In this document: positions 1-10,530 of the stretch, in pieces
Position numbering within the stretch: position 1 is the first letter of the stretch
Layout of the letters: every line of letters begins with the position of its first letter
NCBI GenBank assembly: GCA_964057225.1
Contig: OZ059897.1
Span: forward strand, 3,224,001-3,288,000
DNA from: Auanema rhodensis
Taxonomy: Eukaryota; Animalia; Nematoda
Length of the DNA stretch: 64,000 nucleotides
Direction of reading: 5' to 3'
Position numbers and translations under genes: made by a program
The notes under the pieces: generated by a model
The model's database searches: none
Seen by the model: the letters and a program-made list of their open reading frames with translations, nothing else
Told to the model about the DNA's origin: nothing

Positions 1-130
1 AATGATTTTTTCGTTGAATAACATTGTCCATCGTCTTCGTCTTGGAAAAAGGAATCTAAAAACATCTACTTTTTGTGAAATTATTTAGAAATTTTTCGGG
101 AAAATTTTTGTCAAAATGTTTTTGGAAGCA

Positions 131-158
131 ATGTTGAGTGTACATGGGAACTCAACAT
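131..158. repeat. Perfect 9-bp inverted repeat ATGTTGAGT-N10-ACTCAACAT, present in every monomer (first copy given)
   Basis: 131-139 atgttgagt is the reverse complement of 150-158 actcaacat; the spacer is gtacatggga. Confidence 0.95.
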
Positions 159-162
159 ACAC

Positions 163-172
163 TAATGCATTA
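163..172. repeat. Perfect 10-bp palindrome TAATGCATTA in every monomer (first copy given)
   Basis: The sequence is its own reverse complement and lies 4 bp downstream of the 9-bp IR. Confidence 0.95.
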
Positions 173-702
173 TTTTTCAAACGATCATAACTTATTTTTG
201 TATAGAGCGTTTCTCAATGTAGTATAGTGCATTCGATGCGGATTTTTAAGTTGCGTTGATCTGTGTTATCAGATTTGAGTTAGCTTAAAAATGCACCGAG
301 ATATCAACTGATTTATGTTCACACTTATATCCTCGACTTTCACCCTGAAGAAATGATTTTTTCGTTGAATAACATTGTCCATCGTCTTCGTCTTGAAAAA
401 AGGAATCTAAAAACATCTACTTTTTGTGAAATTATTTAGAAATTTTTCGGGAAAATTTTTGTCAAAATGTTTTTGGAAGCAATGTTGAGTGTACATGGGA
501 ACTCAACATACACTAATGCATTATTTTTCAAACGATCATAACTATTTTCTGTAAATAGCGTTTCTCAATGTAGTATAGTGCATTCGATGCGGATTTTTAA
601 GCTGCGTTGATCTGTGTTATCAGATTTGAGTTAACTTAAAAATGCACCGAGATATCAACTGATATAGGTTCACACTTATATCCTCGATTTTCACCCTGAA
701 GA

Positions 703-2808
703 AGTAGTTTTTTCGTTGAAAAACATTGTCCATCGTCTTCGTCATGAAAAAAGGAATCTAAAAACATCTACTTTTTAAGAAATTATATAGAAATTTTTCG
801 GGAAAATTTTTGTCAAGATGTTTTTGGAAGCAATGTTGAGTGTACATGGGAACTCAACATACACTAATGCATTATTTTTCAAATGATCATAACTTATTTT
901 TGTATAGAGCGTTTCTCAATGCAGTAAAGTGCATTCGATGCGGATTTTTAAGCTGCGTCGATCTGTGTTATCAGATTTGAGTTAGCTTAAAAATGCACCG
1001 AGATATCAACTGATATATGTTCACACTTATATCCTCGATTTTCACCCTGAAGAAATGATTTTTTCGTTGAATAACATTGTCCATCGTCTTCGTCTTGAAA
1101 AAAGGAATCTAAAAACATCTACTTTTTGTGAAATTATTTAGAAATTTTTCGGGAAAATTTTTGTCAAAATGTTTTTGGAAGCAATGTTGAGTGTACATGG
1201 GAACTCAACATACACTAATGCATTATTTTTCAAACGATCATAACTAATTTTTGTAAATAGCGTTTCTCAAGGTAGTATAGTGCATTCGATGCGGATTTTT
1301 AAGCTGCGTCGATCTGTGTTATCAGATTTGAGTTAGCTTAAAAATGCACCGAGATATCAACTGATATATGTTCACACTTATATCCTCGATTTTCAAACTG
1401 AAGAATTGATTTTTTTGTTGAATAACATTGTCCATCGTCTTCGTCTTGAAAAAAGGAATCTAAAAACATCTACTTTTTGTGAAATTATCTAGAAATTTTT
1501 CGGGAAAATTTTGGTCAAAATGTTTTTGGAAGCAATGTTGAGTGTACATGGGAACTCAACATACACTAATGCATTATTTTTCAAACGATCATAACTATTT
1601 TCTGTAAATAGCGTTTCTCAATGTAGTATAGTGCATTCGATGCGGATTTTTAAGTTGCGTTGATCTGTGTTATCAGATTTGAGTTAGCTTAAAAATGCAC
1701 CGAGATATCAACTGATATAGGTTCACACTTATATCCTCGATTTTCACCCTGAAGAAGTAGTTTTTTCGTTGAAAAACATTGTCCATCGTCTTCGTCATGA
1801 AAAAAGGAATCTAAAAACATCTACTTTTTAAGAAATTATATAGAAATTTTTCGGGAAAATTTTTGTCAAGATGTTTTTGGAAGCAATGTTGAGTGTACAT
1901 GGGAACTCAACATACACTAATGCATTATTTTTCAAATGATCATAACTTATTTTTGTATAGAGCGTTTCTCAATGCAGTAAAGTGCATTCGATGCGGATTT
2001 TTAAGCTGCGTCGATCTGTGTTATCAGATTTGAGTTAGCTTAAAAATGCACCGAGATATCAACTGATATATGTTCACACTTATATCCTCGATTTTCACCC
2101 TGAAGAAATGATTTTTTCGTTGAATAACATTGTCCATCGTCTTCGTCTTGAAAAAAGGAATCTAAAAACATCTACTTTTTGTGAAATTATTTAGAAATTT
2201 TTCGGGAAAATTTTTGTCAAAATGTTTTTGGAAGCAATGTTGAGTGTACATGGGAACTCAACATACACTAATGCATTATTTTTCAAACGATCATAACTAA
2301 TTTTTGTAAATAGCGTTTCTCAAGGTAGTATAGTGCATTCGATGCGGATTTTTAAGCTGCGTCGATCTGTGTTATCAGATTTGAGTTAGCTTAAAAATGC
2401 ACCGAGATATCAACTGATATATGTTCACACTTATATCCTCGATTTTCAAACTGAAGAATTGATTTTTTTGTTGAATAACATTGTCCATCGTCTTCGTCTT
2501 GAAAAAAGGAATCTAAAAACATCTACTTTTTGTGAAATTATCTAGAAATTTTTCGGGAAAATTTTGGTCAAAATGTTTTTGGAAGCAATGTTGAGTGTAC
2601 ATGGGAACTCAACATACACTAATGCATTATTTTTCAAACGATCATAACTATTTTCTGTAAATAGCGTTTCTCAATGTAGTATAGTGCATTCGATGCGGAT
2701 TTTTAAGTTGCGTTGATCTGTGTTATCAGATTTGAGTTAGCTTAAAAATGCACCGAGATATCAACGGATTTATGTTCACACTTATATCCTCGATTTTCAC
2801 CCTGAAGA
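703..2808 (+). repeat. Tandem duplication of a 3-monomer unit (1053 bp; B-A-D)
   Basis: Private variants caaGatg (817/1870), aaaTgatc, gCagtaAag and ttGgtc each occur twice, 1053 bp apart, and I saw them nowhere else. Confidence 0.92.
935..1001. repeat. Long imperfect inverted repeat (monomer pos 233-299; copy in monomer 3 given) with perfect 11-bp arms ATTTTTAAGCT / AGCTTAAAAAT
   Basis: Monomer pos 242-252 pairs with 282-292. Inner ATCTG (259-263) pairs with CAGAT (270-274) around a tgttat loop. Outer TCGATGC (233-239) pairs with GCACCGA (293-299), with one mismatch and a 2-nt bulge. Confidence 0.9.
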
Positions 2809-5800
2809 AATGATTTTTTCGTTGAATAACATTGTCCATCGTCTTCGTCTTGAAAAAAGGAATCTAAAAACATCTACTTTTTGTGAAATTATCTAGAAAT
2901 TTTTCGGGAAAATTTTTGTCAAAATGTTTTTGGAAGCAATGTTGAGTGTACATGGGAACTCAACATACACTAATGCATTATTTTTCAAACGATCATAACT
3001 ATTTTCTGTAAATAGCGTTTCTCAATGTAGTATAGTGCATTCGATGCGGATTTTTAAGTTGCGTTGATCTGTGTTATCAGATTTGAGTTAGCTTAAAAAT
3101 GCACCGAGATATCAACTGATTTATGTTCACACTTATATCCTCGATTTTCACCCTGAAGAAATGATTTTTTCGTTGAATAACATTGTCCATCATCTTCGTC
3201 TTGAAAAAAGGAATCTAAAAACATCTACTTTTTGTGAAATTATTTAGAAATTTTTCGGGAAAATTTTTGTCAAAATGTTTTTGGAAGCAATGTTGAGTGT
3301 ACATGGGAACTCAACATACACTAATGCATTATTTTTCAAACGATCATAACTAATTTCTGTAAATAGCGTTTCTCAATGTAGTATAGTGCATTCGATGCGG
3401 ATTTTTAAGCTGCGTCGATCTGTGTTATCAGATTTGAGTTAGCTTAAAAATGCACCGAGATATCAACTGATATATGTTCACACTTATATCCTCGATTTTC
3501 ACCCTGAAGAAATGATTTTTTCGTTGAATAACATTGTCCATCGTCTTCGTCTTGAAAAAAGGAATCTAAAAACATCTACTTTTTGTGAAATTATTTAGAA
3601 ATTTTTCGGGAAAATTTTTGTCAAAATGTTTTTGGAAGCAATGTTGAGTGTACATGGGAACTCAACATACACTAATGCATTATTTTTCAAACGATCATAA
3701 CTAATTTCTGTAAATAGCGTTTCTCAATGTAGTATAGTGCATTCGATGCGGATTTTTAAGCTGCGTCGATCTGTGTTATCAGATTTGAGTTAGCTTAAAA
3801 ATGCACCGAGATATCAACTGATATATGTTCACACTTATATCCTCGATTTTCACCCTGAAGAAATAGTTTTTTCGTTGAAAAACATTGTCCATCGTCTTTG
3901 CCTTGAAAAAAGGAATCTAAAAACATCTACTTTTTGTGAAATTATTTAGAAATTTTTCGGGAAAATTTTTGTCAAAATGTTTTTGGAAGCAATGTTGAGT
4001 GTACATGGGAACTCAACATACACTAATGCATTATTTTTCAAACGATCATAACTTATTTTTGTATAGAGCGTTTCTCAATGTAGTGTAGTGCATTCGATGC
4101 GGATTTTTAAGCTGCGTCGATCTGTGTTATCAGATTTGAGTTAGCTTAAAAATGCACCGAGATATCAACTGATATATGTTCACACTTATATCCTCGACTT
4201 TCACCCTGAAGAAATGATTTTTTCGTTGAATAACATTGTCCATCGTCTTCGTCTTGGAAACAGGAATCTAAAAACATCTACTTTTTGTGAAATTATTTAG
4301 AAATTTTTCGGGAAAATTTTTGTCAAAATGTTTTTGGAAGCAATGTTGAGTGTACATGGGAACTCAACATACACTAATGCATTATTTTTCAAACGATCAT
4401 AACTTATTTTTGTATAGAGCGTTTCTCAATGTAGTATAGTGCATTCGATGCGGATTTTTAAGCTGCGTCGATCTGTGTTATCAGATTTGAGTTAGCTTAA
4501 AAATGCACCGAGATATCAACTGATATATGTTCACACTTATATCCTCGATTTTCACCCTGAAGAAATAGTTTTTTCGTTGAAAAACATTGTCCATCGTCTT
4601 TGCCTTGAAAAAAGGAATCTAAAAACATCTACTTTTTGTGAAATTATTTAGAAATTTTTCGGGAAAATTTTTGTCAAAATGTTTTTGGAAGCAATGTTGA
4701 GTGTACATGGGAACTCAACATACACTAATGCATTATTTTTCAAACGATCATAACTTATTTTTGTATAGAGCGTTTCTCAATGTAGTATAGTGCATTCGAT
4801 GCGGATTTTTAAGCTGCGTCGATCTGTGTTATCAGATTTGAGTTAGCTTAAAAATGCACCGAGATATCAACTGATATATGTTCACACTTATATCCTCGAT
4901 TTTCACCCTGAAGAAGTAGTTTTTTCGTTGAAAAACATTGTCCATCGTCTTCGTCATGAAAAAAGGAATCTAAAAACATCTACTTTTTAAGAAATTATAT
5001 AGAAATTTTTCGGGAAAATTTTTGTCAAAATGTTTTTGGAAGCAATGTTGAGTGTACATGGGAACTCAACATACACTAATGCATTATTTTTCAAACGATC
5101 ATAACTTATTTTTGTATAGAGCGTTTCTCAATGTAGTATAGTGCATTCGATGCGGATTTTTAAGCTGCGTCGATCTGTGTTATCAGATTTGAGTTAGCTT
5201 AAAAATGCACCGAGATATCAACTGATATATGTTCACACTTATATCCTCGATTTTCACCCTGAAGAAATGATTTTTTCGTTGAATAACATTGTCCATCGTC
5301 TTCGTCTTGAAAAAAGGAATCTAAAAACATCTACTTTTTGTGAAATTATTTAGAAATTTTTCGGGAAAATTTTTGTCAAAATGTTTTTGGAAGCAATGTT
5401 GAGTGTACATGGGAACTCAACATACACTAATGCATTATTTTTCAAACGATCATAACTTATTTTTGTATAGAGCGTTTCTCAATGTAGTATAGTGCATTCG
5501 ATGCGGATTTTTAAGCTGCGTCGATCTGTGTTATCAGATTTGAGTTAGCTTAAAAATGCACCGAGATATCAACTGATATATGTTCACACTTATATCCTCG
5601 ATTTTCACCCTGAAGAAATAGTTTTTTCGTTGAAAAACATTGTCCATCGTCTTTGCCTTGAAAAAAGGAATCTAAAAACATCTACTTTTTGTGAAATTAT
5701 TTAGAAATTTTTCGGGAAAATTTTTGTCAAAATGTTTTTGGAAGCAATGTTGAGTGTACATGGGAACTCAACATACACTAATGCATTATTTTTCAAACGA

Positions 5801-8800
5801 TCATAACTTATTTTTGTATAGAGCGTTTCTCAATGTAGTATAGTGCATTCGATGCGGATTTTTAAGCTGCGTCGATCTGTGTTATCAGATTTGAGTTAGC
5901 TTAAAAATGCACCGAGATATCAACTGATATATGTTCACACTTATATCCTCGATTTTCACCCTGAAGAAATAGTTTTTTCGTTGAAAAACATTGTCCATCG
6001 TCTTTGCCTTGAAAAAAGGAATCTAAAAACATCTACTTTTTGTGAAATTATTTAGAAATTTTTCGGGAAAATTTTTGTCAAAATGTTTTTGGAAGCAATG
6101 TTGAGTGTACATGGGAACTCAACATACACTAATGCATTATTTTTCAAACGATCATAACTTATTTTTGTATAGAGCGTTTCTCAATGTAGTATAGTGCATT
6201 CGATGCGGATTTTTAAGCTGCGTTGATCTGTGTTATCAGATTTGAGTTAGCTTAAAAATGCACCGAGATATCAACTGATATATGTTCACACTTATATCCT
6301 CGACTTTCACCCTGAAGAAATGATTTTTTCGTTGAATAACATTGTCCATCGTCTTCGTCTTGAAAAAAGGAATCTAAAAACATCTACTTTTTGTGAAATT
6401 ATTTAGAAATTTTTCGGGAAAATTTTTGTCAAAATGTTTTTGGAAGCAATGTTGAGTGTACATGGGAACTCAACATACACTAATGCATTATTTTTCAAAC
6501 GATCATAACTTATTTTTGTATAGAGCGTTTCTCAATGTAGTATAGTGCATTCGATGCGGATTTTTAAGCTGCGTCGATCTGTGTTATCAGATTTGAGTTA
6601 GCTTAAAAATGCACCGAGATATCAACTGATATATGTTCACACTTATATCCTCGATTTTCACCCTGAAGAAATGATTTTTTCGTTGAATAACATTGTCCAT
6701 CGTCTTCGTCTTGAAAAAAGGAATCTAAAAACATCTACTTTTTGTGAAATTATTTAGAAATTTTTCGGGAAAATTTTTGTCAAAATGTTTTTGGAAGCAA
6801 TGTTGAGTGTACATGGGAACTCAACATACACTAATGCATTATTTTTCAAACGATCATAACTAATTTTTGTAAATAGCGTTTCTCAAGGTAGTATAGTGCA
6901 TTCGATGCGGATTTTTAAGCTGCGTCGATCTGTGTTATCAGATTTGAGTTAGCTTAAAAATGCACCGAGATATCAACTGATATAGGTTCACACTTATATC
7001 CTCGATTTTCACCCTGAAGAAATGATTTTTTGGTTGAAAAACATTGTCCATCGTCTTCGTCTTGAAAAAAGGAATCTAAAAACACCTACTTCTTGTGAAA
7101 TTATTTAGAAATTTTTCGGGAAAATTTTTGTCAAAATGTTTTTGGAAGCAATGTTGAGTGTACATGGGAACTCAACATACACTAATGCATTATTTTTCAA
7201 ACGATCATAACTAATTTCTGTAAATAGCGTTTCTCAATGTAGTATAGTGCATTCGATGCGGATTTTTAAGCTGCGTCGATCTGTGTTATCAGATTTGAGT
7301 TAGCTTAAAAATGCACCGAGATATCAACTGATATATGTTCACACTTATATCCTCGATTTTCACCCTGAAGAAATAGTTTTTTCGTTGAAAAACATTGTCC
7401 ATCGTCTTTGCCTTGAAAAAAGGAATCTAAAAACATCTACTTTTTGTGAAATTATTTAGAAATTTTTCGGGAAAATTTTTGTCAAAATGTTTTTGGAAGC
7501 AATGTTGAGTGTACATGGGAACTCAACATACACTAATGCATTATTTTTCAAACGATCATAACTTATTTTTGTATAGAGCGTTTCTCAATGTAGTATAGTG
7601 CATTCGATGCGGATTTTTAAGCTGCGTCGATCTGTGTTATCAGATTTGAGTTAGCTTAAAAATGCACCGAGATATCAACTGATATATGTTCACACTTATA
7701 TCCTCGACTTTCACCCTGAAGAAATGATTTTTTCGTTGAATAACATTGTCCATCGTCTTCGTCTTGAAAAAAGGAATCTAAAAACATCTACTTTTTGTGA
7801 AATTATTTAGAAATTTTTCGGGAAAATTTTTGTCAAAATGTTTTTGGAAGCAATGTTGAGTGTACATGGGAACTCAACATACACTAATGCATTATTTTTC
7901 AAACGATCATAACTAATTTTTGTAAATAGCGTTTCTCAAGGTAGTATAGTGCATTCGATGCGGATTTTTAAGCTGCGTCGATCTGTGTTATCAGATTTGA
8001 GTTAGCTTAAAAATGCACCGAGATATCAACTGATATATGTTCACACTTATATCCTCGATTTTCACCCTGAAGAAATGATTTTTTCGTTGAATAACATTGT
8101 CCATCGTCTTCGTCTTGAAAAAAGGAATCTAAAAACATCTACTTTTTGTGAAATTATTTAGAAATTTTTCGGGAAAATTTTTGTCAAAATGTTTTTGGAA
8201 GCAATGTTGAGTGTACATGGGAACTCAACATACACTAATGCATTATTTTTCAAACGATCATGACTTATTTTTGTATAGAGCGTTTCTCAATGTAGTATAG
8301 TGCATTCGATGCGGATTTTTAAGCTGCGTCGATCTGTGTTATCAGATTTGAGTTAGCTTAAAAATGCACCGAGATATCAACTGATATATGCTCACACTTA
8401 TATCCTCGATTTTCACCCTGAAGAAATGATTTTTTCGTTGAATAACATTGTCCATCGTCTTCGTCTTGAAAAAAGGAATCTAAAAACATCTACTTTTTGT
8501 GAAATTATTTATAAATTTTTCGGGAAAATTTTTGTCAAAATGTTTTTGGAAGCAATGTTGAGTGTACATGGGAACTCAACATACACTAATGCATTATTTT
8601 TCAAACGATCATAACTAATTTTTGTAAATAGCGTTTCTCAAGGTAGTATAGTGCATTCGATGCGGATTTTTAAGCTGCGTCGATCTGTGTTATCAGATTT
8701 GAGTTAGCTTAAAAATGCACCGAGATATCAACTGATATATGTTCACACTTATATCCTCGATTTTCACCCTGAAGAAATGATTTTTTGGTTGAAAAACATT

Positions 8801-10530
8801 GTCCATCGTCTTCGTCTTGAAAAAAGGAATCCAAAAACACCTACTTCTTGTGAAATTATTTAGAAATTTTTCGGGAAAATTTTTGTCAAAATGTTTTTGG
8901 AAGCAATGTTGAGTGTACATGGGAACTCAACATACACTAATGCATTATTTTTCAAACGATCATAACTAATTTCTGTAAATAGCGTTTCTCAATGTAGTAT
9001 AGTGCATTCGATGCGGATTTTTAAGCTGCGTCGATCTGTGTTATCAGATTTGAGTTAGCTTAAAAATGCACCGAGATATCAACTGATATATGTTCACACT
9101 TATATCCTCGATTTTCACCCTGAAGAAATAGTTTTTTCGTTGAAAAACATTGTCCATCGTCTTTGCCTTGAAAAAAGGCAACTAAAAACATCTACTTTTT
9201 GTGAAATTATTTAGAAATTTTTCGGGAAAATTTTTGTCAAAATGTTTTTGGAAGCAATGTTGAGTGTACATGGGAACTCAACATACACTAATGCATTATT
9301 TTTCAAACGATCATAACTTATTTTTGTATAGAGCGTTTCTCAATGTAGTATAGTGCATTCGATGCGGATTTTTAAGCTGCGTCGATCTGTGTTATCAGAT
9401 TTGAGTTAGCTTAAAAATGCACCGAGATATCAACTGATATATGTTCACACTTATATCCTCGATTTTCACCCTGAAGAAATGATTTTTTCGTTGAATAACA
9501 TTGTCCATCGTCTTCGTCTTGAAAAAAGGAATCTAAAAACATCTACTTTTTGTGAAATTATTTAGAAATTTTTCGGGAAAATTTTTGTCAAAATGTTTTT
9601 GGAAGCAATGTTGAGTGTACATGGGAACTCAACATACACTAATGCATTATTTTTCAAACGATCATAACTAATTTTTGTATAGAGCGTTTCTCAATGTAGT
9701 ATAGTGCATTCGATGCGGATTTTTAAGCTGCGTTGATCTGTGTTATCAGATTTGAGTTAACTTAAAAATGCACCGAGATATCAACTGATATAGGTTCACA
9801 CTTATATCCTCGATTTTCACCCTGAAGAAGTAGTTTTTTCGTTGAAAAACATTGTCCATCGTCTTCGTCATGAAAAAAGGAATCTAAAAACATCTACTTC
9901 TTGTGAAATTATTTAGAAATTTTTCGGGAAAATTTTTGTCAAAATGTTTTTGGAAGCAATGTTGAGTGTACATGGGAACTCAACATACACTAATGCATTA
10001 TTTTTCAAACGATCATAACTTATTTTTGTATAGAGCGTTTCTCAATGTAGTATAGTGCATTCGATGCGGATTTTTAAGCTGCGTCGATCTGTGTTATCAG
10101 ATTTGAGTTAGCTTAAAAATGCACCGAGATATCAACTGATATATGTTCACACTTATATCCTCGATTTTCACCCTGAAGAAATGATTTTTTCGTTGAATAA
10201 CATTGTCCATCGTCTTCGTCTTGAAAAAAGGAATCTAAAAACATCTACTTTTTGTGAAATTATTTGGAAATTTTTCGGGAAAATTTTTGTCAAAATGTTT
10301 TTGGAAGCAATGTTGAGTGTACATGGGAACTCAACATACACTAATGCATTATTTTTCAAACGATCATAACTAATTTCTGTAAATAGCGTTTCTCAATGTA
10401 GTATAGTGCATTCGATGCGGATTTTTAAGCTGCGTCGATCTGTGTTATCAGATTTGAGTTAGCTTAAAAATGCACCGAGATATCAACTGATATATGTTCA
10501 CACTTATATCCTCGATTTTCACCCTGAAGA

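Larger units (their letters stand above)
1..351 (+). repeat. Representative monomer (head type A); phase is arbitrary, set by the window start
   Basis: The sequence restarts at 352. Hand count of the consensus is about 112 G+C of 351. It contains multiple A/T tracts and single TGTACA, ATGCAT and GATATC sites. Confidence 0.97.

Noticed and set aside
9-25. CENP-B-box-like TTTCGTTGAA(T/A)AAC
   Set aside because: It resembles the 5' half of the box (TTCGTTGGAAACGGG) but lacks the essential CGGG at the required spacing; the nearest CGGG is at pos 97-100.
1-351. 5S rRNA, tRNA, snRNA or spliced-leader tandem gene unit
   Set aside because: The unit size is compatible, but I found no recognisable 5S sequence, tRNA cloverleaf with A/B boxes, or known SL exon. 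An Rfam scan would be needed to exclude a divergent ncRNA.
1-351. Monomer as an ancient dimer of ~175-bp subunits
   Set aside because: I saw no convincing similarity between the halves by eye beyond T-tracts; a sensitive self-alignment is needed.
1-351. Assignment to a named ~350-360-bp satellite family (e.g. Drosophila 1.688/359-bp, tenebrionid beetle or cucurbit satellites)
   Set aside because: Only length and AT content agree. It does not match the 359-bp sequence as I recall it, and I cannot verify the others without a database search.
8693-8920. - strand 75-aa ORF
   Set aside because: It is a singleton opened by private variants (aatcCaaa) in one E-type monomer and spans a monomer junction.
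8426-10369. + strand 62-aa ORFs (8426-8614, 10181-10369)
   Set aside because: They exist only because single SNPs change the consensus TAG at monomer pos 86-88 to TAT or TGG. The frame is closed in nearly all other copies, and the low-complexity F/K/I-rich translation resembles no protein I recognise.
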